Positions 1 through 12,368 of a DNA stretch of 64,000 bases are shown here, in pieces (within the stretch, counting starts at the first letter, position 1; each line of letters opens with the position of its first letter). The stretch lies in contig NC_087436.1 in the NCBI RefSeq assembly GCF_036321535.1, forward strand, positions 102,426,001 through 102,490,000. The letters are read 5' to 3'. Origin of the DNA: Camelus dromedarius (taxonomy: Eukaryota). Under the pieces are notes generated by a model. The model was not told the DNA's origin. It saw nothing but the letters and a program-made list of their open reading frames with translations, and did not search any database. Both the position numbers and the translations under genes were made by a program.

Positions 1-670
1 GCAGACTGTGGGAGAGCAGTGAGACATACTGAGGCCTTGGGCTGACTTCATGCTGGGCTTGCCTGTTTGCATGTTTGGTTTGGCTCTGGCCATGGGTCTC
101 TAAGGGAACAAGATTGCTGTCTTGGAAGACATGGGGGCTCTGCCTTGGATTGAATGATGTTCAATGTGACTGCAAGAGTGTAACTATTGGGAATTGTGGA
201 ACATCTCTGTAAGTGGATGCTAAAAAGGACATATCATTAGATTTTGCCTTGTGTTAGATGATTTGGGGGGAAATACAAGGAATTAAAGCTTTGATCTAAA
301 TTAGATTGGGCATTGGGAAGCAGGGGTAATTCTGTGATTTGCTATCTTAATTAATTTTACCTAGAAGGAAGAAAAGTTAAAGCTGTAACTGGAAAAGAAG
401 CAGCAGTCACTCAAATTAACTGGGATAAGGGGATTTGGGTCAACTTGTCTGTAATCACACATAATAGTGGAGAGGTCTTATTTTTATCTTGATCCATCAT
501 GATAGAGTTGCCTAGTTTGTTGTTGATCTTGTGTAAAATTGTGTGTAAAATTGTGTTCAACAAGTGGGCACCAATACCTAACTGAGTGTCAGGCCAGCTC
601 ATCACAACACCATGGTCTAGCTGGCAGTTCCAAGCCAGCACCCAGAAGTCAGGGACTTTTCTGTTTCTCA
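1..670 (-). mobile_element. Old ERVL-class LTR, truncated by the window start
   Basis: Ends ...AGTCAGGGACTTTTCTGTTTCTCA, i.e. a TGAGAAA... LTR start on the minus strand. Resembles ancient eutherian ERVL LTRs from memory; subfamily not determined. Confidence 0.5.
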
Positions 671-789
671 GTGGTTAGAATTGCAATAAGTTTTTAGCCT
701 TTTGTACAATAAGGTCAGCCACTTTGACTAGAACTTAGAGACAAAATGAAGGGAAAATGCTCATTTGGTGAACCACTGTCCCTGAAACT

Positions 790-1190
790 TTCATTCTACA
801 GTAGCCACACCGACTGGATTGCTGTTCCTCCACAATGACCAGCCACTTCCCACCTTAGGACTTTTTTTAATTATCTCTACCATTATTCCCAAATTCTATG
901 CTTGTATTTATTATTCATGCTTTACTTAAATATCTCAAAAATAATTGCTTTCATCATGCAATTGAAAATAGCCCCCAACTCATTTCTGATCCAGTGCTCT
1001 CTCCCCTAATTATACTTACCAATCTCAGAAACTATCTTATTTATTTAGTTTTTACTTATTTGTCTCTCTGGGAGGGTCACTCTTTCCCAAAAAGATAAGT
1101 TCCATGAATTCAGAGACCATGCAGATTATATTTACTACTCTTTCCTCTGGCACATTATGGGTTCTCATTAGATATTTGATGAATAGATAA
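790..1190 (+). mobile_element. LINE-2 3' end fragment
   Basis: Terminal motif AAGTTCCATGAATTCAGAGACC...CTGGCACATTATGGGTTCTCATTAGATATTTGATGAATAGATAAA is a decayed L2 tail. Confidence 0.65.
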
Positions 1191-1903
1191 ACAGAGGAAG
1201 CACATTTCATTGTTAAGCACTGTGTCCTTTAATGTTCTTACTGTTACATGCTTTTCTGAAGAAGGAAGTTCTCTGAGTTAGAAACATATCATTGTGTAGC
1301 AAAGTGAATATACAGATTCCACCACCCTAACTCAAGTCTTCAGAAAGAATTTTACATTTCCTAGGAAACAGTGTGTGGGCAAGAGAGAATCATTGATACT
1401 GTGCCATGTGGGCATAATTTTGAACACTATCTCATACTCCCTTCCTTCTCTTCCAGGGCAATGTACCTAAGGCAATTAAAATTAACTAATCTTAAATTTA
1501 AAGGAAAGAGTTAATCTCATGGCACCTAAAGATTTTCACCTAGGGGCTCTCATAAGCAGACCTGAGAACGTAACTTAATGGATTATAGATAACTCATTCT
1601 GACACAAGAGTTTCTACAACAAACTGACCTGCCTAATCCTACTGCAGGCAGCTCAGACTTGCATGTAAGGGGAGATAAGAAGACCAAAGAACATGTTCTT
1701 GCCTGTGTGCCAGAAAGAGCTTACTGCCAGGTTCCCTCCTGGTGCCAAAATTAGGAAGGCTTTTAGGATCCTAGCATGGGATAAACTCAGGCTCTTCCTA
1801 TAAGATACAACCTGTCATTCAGAAGAAATTCACAATGAAGAAATGGATATTTCTGTGAATATTTACCTAGAGAGTTGACCACTATTGTGCTGTTGCAGTC
1901 ATA

Positions 1904-2495
1904 TGATAGGCTTTTTTTACTTAGACCTTCCCATTAGGCTGTAATCCCATCCATAGTTTGCAGCTCCCTTGAAGACCACAGTGCAGTGGAGTCCTGTTGC
2001 GTGTCAATGATCTGTGGCATTTCTGCACGTCCTGTCAGCCTTTGTTTTGAACTATCTTCCCAGGATTGTTTAAATAGTAAGTAGTCTTGGAAGGTGCAAA
2101 CAGGGTATCCCTCTGGGGAAAAGGACAGATTTGGTTTCTGACCCAGATGATAAAGATAATGTCTCCTTCTGGGATAATGGTTAGACTTGTTTGCCGGTAG
2201 TTCTTTTAAGAGGTGGGTTTCTAAGCTCAGCATCCCTTGACTGTGACACAGGTTCTTTATATATGTAGCATTTATCTGTGCCGGCCTCCACATCATCTCT
2301 GTGGGATTCGGCGGGAGGGTGGAGGGAACCCAATGCAAACTGAAAGTTCATGCATTTTATTGTGCCGTGAGTAATAAAGTCCTTTGTCTCAGATTCAGAA
2401 CGCTCATGTCTTCTGTCAGCACCTGGGAAAGTGTAGGAAGTTAATTTAGCAGCCTTCAAATAGGGTATAATATCAGACTCTCCACAGTTCTTCGT
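1904..2495 (+). mobile_element. Solo LTR, ERVL-class (MER74/MER54-group-like, tentative)
   Basis: AATAAAGTCCTTTGTCTC polyA signal at ~2373 followed by a U5-like end TAGGGTATAATATCAGACTCTCCACAGTTCTT; GC-richer than flanks. Confidence 0.6.
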
Positions 2496-3075
2496 GGTTC
2501 TTCTTATGCTTGAAAGCTGTGTCATGCAGGGCAGATAAAAACAAATATAAAATGAGGAGTCAGAGATATGTATTTTAGCAGTGTCTTGGACTTGCCTCTT
2601 ATTATGTTTGGACTTCTTTTTATTATCTATAAAAGGGAACATAGTACCAGTCAGCTATATTGCTTCAGTCAAGGTAAGATCATTGGTTGACTGTGCACAG
2701 TTCTACACAATTTTAGCTAGAACTAAATTCCTCTCTTCTCATTCAGGTAAATACAGAGATGTAGGTGATTAAGTAAAAAAATTTATTAGTGACAGTCTTG
2801 AATTTTTTTTAGTTGTATTATTAAAAGAAAAGTAATTTAATCAAAATCCAATATATTGATGACTTCTAGGAACTGACTGCTTGTGGCTGATCTTGTAGCT
2901 AATTGTGACACAAGCCATGATAGTTTCCATTAAAAACATGTGGACCAGGCAATATCTAAGGTTTCTGCCAAGACTATATTTTTTTTCTGTGCACTGGTTT
3001 GTAGTAGAAATGTACAATCTTACTATTTCTGAAGTCCAGAGGTAAATGCATCTCTTCTTGTACTTAATTTGCTAT

Positions 3076-3309
3076 CATATAAAATAGATAAACAGTAAGT
3101 TCATGCTGTATAGCACAGGGAACTATGTTCAATATCTTGTTACTATTCATGGTGAAAAAGAATATGAATACTTCAATAAAATATATTAAAAAGAAAGAAG
3201 TGAAGAGAAAAGAATATGAAAATGAATATATGTATGTTCATGTATGACTGAAGCACCAGAAATTGACACAGTATTGTAAACTGACTATACTTAAATATAA
3301 TATATAAAA
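3076..3309 (+). mobile_element. 5'-truncated LINE-1 3'UTR tip (camelid-type) containing a nested micro-insertion
   Basis: CTGTATAGCACAGGGAACTATGTTCAATATCTTG...TTGTAAACTGACTATACTT aligns by eye with the L1 3'UTR at 21610-21790 in this window. Confidence 0.9.
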
Positions 3310-6300
3310 GTGATTTTGTAACTGGAACATATCTGGTTTCTTTTTGTAGCTAATAAACACCTTATTTAAGTCACCACATTTTTCTTTTTTGAAATATATG
3401 TAGAAGGGTCTCATAACTAGCCATCAAAAAAGAGACTCATAAATATTCCAGAACTTTTTATATACAGTCATATCTTAAAGAGATAACTGAGACTCCCAAC
3501 AATTGCTCATGGAATCCTGAGCTCCTCGTCTGTGACTGTGGAGGTCAACTTTAGTGGTGGTCTTAAGAGTGCTGGTGTTAATGCACAGTGGGCAGTATAC
3601 AAAAAAGCCTGCTAAAGATGCTTAAGGGCTGCTCTATGACCATGCATTACAATGTTTATTTTAATGTAGGTGTCACTATGTTGGTTATATTTTTGAAATA
3701 ATGAAATAATGAGAGAAAAAAAGATACTGAAAGTTGAGATTTAAAATAAAAAGTTGCTTAGTTTGAAATGCTATCTCTACCTGATTATTCATTAAGAAGT
3801 GATTATATCTTAAAAAAAATAGTTAGCCATGGCAACCCACTTCAGAGTTTATGTCAAACTATGAAGAATATAAATTTTGTTTCTTTTAAAAGACCTTGTA
3901 ACACCAGCTATGCTGTCAACATAAAGTTCTTAACAATGTAATGTGTCTGCTAAAAGAACAAATCGATTACATATTCAATGTCAGAATAACATAAGAAATT
4001 TAGCTCTCAGTTCTATAAATATGACATGCACATGAAACTTGTGGTGACCTAGAACATATAGCAGAAGCTATCTGTAGCCGCTTTGCAAGTAAGTACAATT
4101 CGTTATATTTTAAACCATTAAAAGTTTTAATGCATCAATCTACCTCAATTGCTTACGGCCTAAATTTATGCCAGTTTGTAACCATGAATGTGTGTGAGAG
4201 TATGTGTATAAAGCTGAAGTACAGAAAGAACAACTCTTTTAAAAATCTGTATATTCAGATTAAAAATAAATTAATTTTTTCATCAATATAGAAATGTTTC
4301 TTTTAATGACTTCCTGGTGTTGGCTTTGCCGCTCAGTAGAAGACATGGAGAACTAGAAATTACACTGGCTCCTATATAATACAAGTCTGATGAGAACAAA
4401 CATAATCTTTCCTTCTTCCTTTGAAACTCTTCTTTTAAGTGAATAGCCATTACTTACATCACGGAAAACTTTATGAGATTTTTGATACTAATGGTATCTT
4501 TAAAATATGTGTACATTGTCAAAGTTTGAAGTAAGAAGTGGTTCAATTAGTTGCGTCCTGGATCTGAAATAATTCCCTTGTGCCAATATTTCTTTCCTCT
4601 TCTCTGAGAAAGCAGTGCCCAGCTGGTGGCACCAGCAGATCAATGACGTTAACTCAGCTCTCAGTTTCCATTTGGCCTCACTTTTATGAAAAATATCCAC
4701 CCAGTTGGTATATTTTTATATTCCTTAACCTAAAGTAAAAGTTGTCATTATGGTTATTGTCTATTTTTTGTTTGCTATAAGTTTTTTTTTTTAAAAATCA
4801 GTTCCCATATGGATAAAGAAAAGTTGAAAACAACTAATGCTCAAAAGTTTTAAACCCTATAGCTCAATAATAAGGGCATTAATGTCAAGCATGAACAAAG
4901 GAAAAAAAGGAATTGACATAAAAAAACATATTGAAGCACCACTTCATCAAGATAAGTCTAAATCATGTCTAAATTCTGTCTTTCTAATCACTCATTAATA
5001 GACTATTCAAGAAAGATACAAACTTTATTACTATTGCTCTAGGTCCCTGAAGTAAGTCTAACCATTAAACTACATGAACAGAGGAAGTCTTCTTAAACTA
5101 GTTGGCACCCTTTCAAAGAATTTAGTTCCATCTTTGACGCTCATCTTAGTATATAGGGCCCTATTATGGTTCTCATTAATAACTACTATTCATATACTTG
5201 CTGGCTTCTCACTCCAGGTTGCTGGTACCTTTTTCTTCAAGTGGGTCTTAGGAGAACTTGCTAAGTGACACTAGTAGACCACAGGTTACCAAGTGCCCTC
5301 TAACAGCATTCAGTAGCAGGGGACCTTTTAGCAAGAACTTGGCCTTTTTTATGAATACAGAGAACGACTGCTCAGAGATATTTTGTTTTAATTTTGTTGA
5401 TTGTGCTGTGTTCCCTTTGTGTGAATAAGGAATTGGGCTGAAGAAAATAATTCTTAGGAAGGAAAATCTTATCTTTCATTTTAAACAATAATTTTTTTCT
5501 AAAACAATAATTTTTGTGTTCTCTTTTCATCTCCTCGCTGTGATAACACAGGGGTCCTGTTTTTAATACTCCAGTGAAATGCATTTTAATATCCTATTGA
5601 TCAAATTTCTCTGTTGTTTCCCAAGGTAACAGACATAAATCATAAAATATTTCCTTATTTATGCCTTATCTTGTTCCAGGAAAAATACAAGGGTATATTT
5701 ATACAAGGGTGTAAATAATTTGACAATGTGAAAAATGTTAAAAAGAATAAAGAAAGACAAAACACTGGGAACCAAAAAGATAAGAAAGAAAGTGGTGCTC
5801 ATTGGAGGTTATCTGCAAATTACATGTTATTGACCATTATAGGCGTATATAAAAGATAGGTCGAAGTTTGTCTCTAAGTTTTCTAACAGCCACAATGAAG
5901 GATAAAACCCAGTAAATGATAGAATTGACAGAATTCATAAGATAAGACAAAAGCTCATGGAAAGCCTATTGTTCATAAGTCTGAGAAAAGGCATAAACAC
6001 TTCCTAAGAATTCTTATAGGTCGGTGTTTTATGAATGTGCTATATAAAACTTTCACAATGTGTTTATAATTTAGTGTTAAAAAATCTTAAAAAATAAGAG
6101 AGGCACTAAATGTCTGAGCTCAGCTTTTCCTGCTAGAACTTAAAGAGTAGTAATCTAAAGATGATTCTAAAACTGACAATTTCAGATCAGGTAGGATGCA
6201 GGTGAACTGAGTTCATATTGATGGATAGAAACAAGGGATGTGATTATTAGCATCTTCGTAATCTTTCACCATAGGTGGAACTTTAAAATGATGTTCTATC

Positions 6301-7589
6301 CCCATCTTCTCATTGTTTTCATTTAGGATGACAAGCCTATCCCAGTTTTTCTGGGACTTCCCTGTTTTATTCTCAGCCTTGGGCAGATCAGGATGGTTCT
6401 TCACATTGGTAGAGACAAACTGTGCTCTTCGCCTGGAATATTTTTCCTAGACTTTCATTTTTATCATGGACCATCCAATCACTGCTCTGTATAGGTACTT
6501 ACTAAAATCCCAGTACTAATTATTTATACCCCCACCACCTGTATTTCACAGATATTAGCTTATAAATCTGTTGAGCACTTGTTTCATTCTTGCGTTTCTA
6601 AATCTAACTTTCCATCTGGCTGAGTTCAAGTACCACATCGTACCTGGTGAACTCCAGGGAATGTTGTGCGGGAAACTTGTTCTGCAAATGTTTGATATAC
6701 AGAATATAATTCATCAACTCATTCTAAAATATATCCATATTTTAAATGTATTAAGAACTGTTCTGATTAAAGCATTTTTGAAAGAGTTGGTTGAACTAGT
6801 GTAATCTATGACTATGCAAAGCTCTGGCACTGCAAACTATTTTTCCTTTTACATTCTCAGGAGATTATCTGTGCATGCTATAATTTGAACTTCTGAGATA
6901 AATATCTGTAGATGTATTTATGATGAACTAAGAACCCATAAATAGTACTCTACGGTAAAGTATGTGGGATGAATGCCACCATGTTAGATAATGCACACTA
7001 CATAGACAGGGCAGTGGGGGATTACATCAAGAAATAGACTAGATGCTGACTTTTAGAAGAGAAGTTACAGCTCCATGTGAAGCATTTGTGGCAAAAGATT
7101 TATTTGAACAAATCACTATGCATTTTCTTCCAAACAGGACCAGAAACTACACCTGAAAATAATGGACGTTTCCTATAAAGCATGAAGGAACAATGAATCA
7201 CCCTCATGGACTCATAAGCCAGGTAATGTAAAAATAAACAAAGAAATAAATTATCAAAGAAATTAATAATTGGGAGGAGGCCTGAATGAGATAAGAGCAA
7301 TTCCCTGTTTTTTAATTAAAAGTTTACATAAACTACATCAGAAAAGTATTTCCTCCAGCTTTGACTTGTTTTACATTTATCAAAGTGATCCAGTAAGCTT
7401 TGAATATCTACTGTCTACAAGACAAAATGCTGGGTACCTTACATACAAAGATAATAAGAAAATAGCCTTTTTAAGTGAAGTAGAGATGGAATAAAAATAC
7501 ACACTTATGAGATATATCCATAGTACTCAAGGACCATACACATGATGACATATAATTTCTGTAACATAGACAGACACAGTTTTTGAGAT

Positions 7590-7745
7590 AGTTATCACCA
7601 TTGTACTTTTTATATCATGGAAGAAACTGGAGCATAGAAATTTAAATAACATAAAAAAAGGTTTAAATAGCCTTTAAGTGGTAGAGCCAAAGTTTGACCC
7701 AGATACTTGAGTTTCAGAGCCTACCTACAGTCTTAATCACAAACC
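7590..7745 (-). mobile_element. MIR SINE fragment
   Basis: GAAGAAACTGGAGCATAGAAATTTAAATAAC...AAGTGGTAGAGCCAAAGTTTGACCCAG matches the MIR core in antisense. Confidence 0.7.
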
Positions 7746-8409
7746 CAGGTTGTTATAAGTAATCAAATGCAATTATTTCCTTGTGAGAAGCATATAAAAT
7801 AGAGATAACTATAAAATACACTGAGGTACCAGTCAGGTAATCTAAATGAGTGAAATAAATTAGCTATGAATCGACAAATTACAATAGCACTAGACCTCAC
7901 TGGGGAGGATTCAAAAGGTCATGATTAGGACAATGGTAATTAAAGAGTCCATACCTTATTTTAAAAAGCTAACAGCTGCCCAAATTTACTTGATTATAAA
8001 CATGCAAGAATATAGGCCTAGTCTTACTAGAGCTTCTAATTTTTTAAGATAAAGTAGAAATCCAGGTTTTCATATCAACCTGTAGGGAATTATTTAAAAT
8101 TAAACCATGTGTCTCAAACATTATCAGAGAATGTATCTGTGACCCTGAGACAGTCCATAAATAACCAGCTTGTGTCCTATGAGATAGAAGGTACAAACCC
8201 ATGTACATATGCGTGTTGGTAGGAGGGACAGAGGCCAGAGTGAGTTTGGTCCCATCTACTGAACTTAGAAAGTTATGGGATATCTGGAATGTCACTTGCA
8301 AGGTGGGGCACAGTGAAATGAAGTGCTGAAGGGGCCACCAGAAGTGATTTCATGCAGATACTTTATTTTCTTTACCAGAAAGTATGTACTTTTCTCAAGG
8401 TACACTGCT

Positions 8410-8575
8410 TTAGAAATAAGGATAATGATCAACTTACATTTTTGGAAGGATCAAACTGCTAACAGAATGAAGATATACGGGAGGAGGCTGGACTGAAAGC
8501 AGGGAAATTAGTTTTGAGCTTAGAGCAATGGCATCGGGAGGAGAAATGGGACCTGAATGAAGGCAGTAATCTGAA
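8410..8575 (-). mobile_element. LINE-2 fragment (left part, interrupted by L1MB)
   Basis: TTTTTGGAAGGATCAAACTGCT...GACTGAAAGCAGGGAAATTAGTT...GACCTGAATGAAGGCAGT is typical antisense L2; appears to resume at ~9630. Confidence 0.55.
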
Positions 8576-8618
8576 ATAATTTAGCACTAGAAAGTTTGCT
8601 CTATCAAAATTATTTTTT

Positions 8619-9620
8619 AATTAAAAACTTTTATGCTTCAAAGGATGCCATCAAGAAAATGAAAAGACAACACATAGAATGGGAGAACATATTTGCAAAT
8701 TAAATGTCTGATAAGGGGTTTATACCTAAAATATAAAAACAATTCTTACAACTCAATAATAAAAAGAGAGCTAACTCAATTTAAAACAGGCAAAGCATCT
8801 GAATAGACTTATCTCCAGAGAAAATATACAAATGGCCAATAAATACATTAAAAGATGCTCAACATCACTTGTTGACAGGGAAATGCAAATCAAAAGCTTG
8901 ATGATGTAACACTTCACGAGTGGGATGGCTACAGCCAAAAAGACAAACAATAAAAAGTACCCAGGAGGATATGAGGAAATTAGAATTCTCCTGTATTTCT
9001 GATCAAAAAGTAAAATGGTGAAACCACATTGGAAAATAATCTGGCAGTTCCTGAAATGAAAAATACAGAATTTCTAGCCGTATAGTCAAGAGAAGTAAGA
9101 ACACAGGCACAGACAAACTCTTGTACATGAACGTTAATAGCAGTGCTGTTCATAATAGCTGAAAAGTGGAAATCCTCAAATGTTCATCAACTGATGAATG
9201 GATAAGTAAAATGCAGTATATCCAACAACAGAATATTAATTCAGCCATAATTAGGAAAGAAGTCCTGACAAATTCTAAAATATGGCAGAACCTGGAAACA
9301 TTCTAAATAAAAGAAATGAGTCGCAAAAGACTACTTATTGTAATATTTGATTTTTTTATATAAAATGCCAAGAATATACAAATCTAGAGAAACAGAAAAT
9401 AGATTAATGATTGCTAAGGGCTGATAATTGTGAAGATGGGAAGTGACTGGAAATTGGCAACAAGATTTCTTTTGAAAGTGATGAAAATGACCTAAAATTG
9501 ATTGTGGTGATGGTTGTACAACTTTGTGAATATACTAAAAACCATTGTTTTGTACACTCTTAAAGGGGTGGATTATAATGTCTCTGAATTATATCTTAAT
9601 AAAGCTCTAAATACATAAAG
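8619..9620 (+). mobile_element. LINE-1 L1MB-type, ORF2 3' end plus 3'UTR
   Basis: Starts AATTAAAAACTTTTATGCTTCAAAGGATGCCATCAAGAAAATGAAAAGACAA (ORF2 C-terminal region); ends GTGGTGATGGTTGTACAACTTTGTGAATATACTAAAAACCATTG...GAATTATATCTTAATAAAGCT, the L1MB 3' end. Confidence 0.9.
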
Positions 9621-9629
9621 TTGGTTTTG

Positions 9630-9790
9630 AGAGTTGTTTAGGAGGTTAAATCTGCCAGAGGTGAGTACCTTATTGACTATAGATATTGAAATATAAAGGA
9701 ATCTGAGATGATTTCCAGCTTTCTGGTGAGTAAGTGAATGAAGGTACTACCGTCTAAGACGGAATACAGAAGGAGGCAAGAGAAAGGGTT
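9630..9790 (-). mobile_element. LINE-2 fragment (right part)
   Basis: TTTAGGAGGTTAAATC...AAGGAATCTGAGATGATTTCCAGCTTTCTGG...GGAATACAGAAGGAGG continues antisense L2. Confidence 0.55.
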
Positions 9791-11619
9791 GGGTATGATT
9801 TTCTAAGTTCTTTCCTGATCCCTAAATACCCCAAATGACTTTGCATAGTCTTTTCAATATTTACTTACAGCTATTATTTTGTTTTGATTTCAAATTTATA
9901 ACCACTGGCAACCATTATCAAATCATAGTTATTTAATATGATATTGTTACTATTCTTGGAGTTACTCACAAGATGTGCCCCTGTCATTTAAAAGGTATAT
10001 AATAACTGGAATTTTGTAAATACCATCACTAAAAAGTAGACCACAGCAAATTTTTCAGTAATCTAATTCATGATTTCTGATAGACACAACAGTAAAATAT
10101 TTCACTCAACCTTTAAAAAGCTTAAGCTGAAAGTTTAATGAAGACCCAGATTTATGTTTCTTCACAAGTGCCCTGACATGATAGCCTTTCTGCTTTCAAC
10201 ATTTAATTCCAGTGTTACTGCTTGAAATCTTGCTAAAATCACCTTCAACTGTTTGTCCTCTTCCTCCCCTTCAGATGAATACAGAAACAGCAGTTATGAG
10301 CTTTCTCTTGAGAGTTCTCATGAAAAGGATCTAGAGATGAAAAGGACTCTTGTTGTCCCATAATTCTTTTTTGGCAAAGTTTTATAATTTTTAAAGTAAA
10401 ACTTTCAATGTATTTCTGTGATAGACCAGTGAAACTGATCATTTTTCCTTTCCCCTTGGTGGTTATATGTTTTCCAATGACATATGGAAGGTGATTTAAA
10501 TTGCCTTTAAAGACATTTAACTTTAATATATCAGGCTTTACTTTAATGAAAAGGTGTCGTACTAGTTGAAAGAGAATTCTAGGGAGAAGAAAAATAATGG
10601 AGGCAGTAGATAATTTTAAAATATAATTTCACAAATGAAGAAGGCTATTCAGACATTAGTGGATAATTAACTTAGAATGTACCACTTAAGTGGAATAATT
10701 TCCTTCCCACAAACCACCTAAGTGCTATTCAGAGGATGTGCAGATAGCAGAACAGGTAGCAGAAAGAAGCTGAAGACAAAACAGGAAAGAGGATATTTTT
10801 CTTAAATAAATGATCTTGCTGCTTGACTTATGTTATCATGTCAATGGCGATTATTTCCTAATATAAATAAATTGCATTTTCCACATTAGTTTTTCTTCTT
10901 ATAATGTTGAATGAGATAGCACAATGTTTACAAAAAGTTAGTGTTTATTTACTATTAGTGGTTATTTTTGTTAAATAGGTGTCATATAAGCATATGTTTT
11001 ATAATTGTGATAAGAAATATTAAACGTACCAGTTTTAATTACAAAAGGAGTGTATCAGATCAGTGAATTCAATTTAACTAGTGGAGATTGGAAGCTTTGG
11101 GGGAAAAAAAATCATAAGATAACGAGGACAGAACATGAAATACTTCCATTACTAAAGTCATAATAAGTGTGTTCTATTAAATGTTAGGAACACTTTTATA
11201 GGTGATTTGATAGACCAACAAAACTGAATTCATGTTCTATGTGCATTGGAAAAACATCATAACTATGTGTTTCTTGGCCAACTAATTCAAAGCCCAGTCT
11301 ATGGGAGAATCAATCTTGATTTTCTCGGTGATTGAACAGCATCATCATGGTGATGATATAATAGTAAGAAGATTTTCATACAAATAAAACAATGAATTCT
11401 GAAAGTTGAATCAACATGTGGTTTAGCTATCATTTTTATGCAAAAAAATGGAGAATCTGAGGTGTTTGACAAATAGACAATGGTTGAGATCATAAGGGTT
11501 GAGTTCATGTGCAAACTAAAGAAAGTGTACTGAGAACCATTTCAGGGATTTTGCATACATAGTGCATCTTATGCTTATCAAGGTGTTAACAGTAGATAGA
11601 TGTTAACAGTTAATGCTAG

Positions 11620-12030
11620 CTTTGACCAATTACTTCTTCTTTTTCTTGAAAAATTATCCTATATGATCCTAGTCTTTCTTTCAATTAAATGTGGCCATGT
11701 GACTGAGTTGATGTGAGCAAAAGCATATGCAGCACTACCAGTCCTAGGTCTGGCTAAAAGTAAACAAACACAAAAATGAAAATATTTCCACATGCTATTT
11801 TTTGTACTCTTTCACTTTCTCTTTGCTAATATGAATGCCAACACTGACTTTGAAAGCCATGTACTAAAGATGATAGAATCCCATAAGTCCATGTCCCTGA
11901 ATGACTTTGTAGATCAGATGTTCATCTCCCTGGAAACATCTTGGATGTATATGTGAAACACACATAATCTCCTATTTTAATTAAGGTGTAATATGTGTGT
12001 AGATCAACTTATTGGACAGCTAGCATTGAT
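11620..12030 (+). mobile_element. MaLR LTR relic (MLT1-type)
   Basis: TGTGGCCATGTGACTGAGTT and TTGAAAGCCATGTACTAAAGATG...GTCCCTGAATGACTTTGTAGA are characteristic MLT1 motifs. Confidence 0.6.
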
Positions 12031-12299
12031 CAAGTGAAACAATACCAACAACGCCTACATGACACTGAGTGTCACTTACTGCCATAACCCAGCAAAGGTT
12101 CCCACGCACAGCACATCAGGATGCTGGAGAGAGTCACATATCCCATATCCACCACTCTGAAGGTGGATGGATTGGACCTTGTAGAGGCAGCTGAACCAGG
12201 AGAGCAGTAGTGGAGTTGAGGGAGCAGTGACGATGGCACCCACAACCCCAGTGCCCCCAACAGCAGCAGCAGCGCCTGTGACACCAGCCTCCTAGTAAA

Positions 12300-12368
12300 C
12301 TCTGTCTCACACCACTCACAAAAATTAACTCAAAATGGAGCAAAAACTTAAACACAAGAGCAAAGATC
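12300..12368 (+). mobile_element. Short LINE-1 ORF2 fragment
   Basis: CTCACACCACTCACAAAAATTAACTCAAAATGGAGCAAAAACTTAAA encodes LTPLTKINSKW, homologous to 20505-20555. Confidence 0.8.

Noticed and set aside
530..556. Short tandem duplications here and at ~38610-38647 and ~45639-45668
   Set aside because: Two-copy 13-20 bp slippage duplications; no spacers, so not CRISPR-like arrays.
1934..2642. Longest ORFs in the window (134 and 153 aa, minus strand)
   Set aside because: Mostly antisense to a solo LTR, with no recognisable domain or exon structure.
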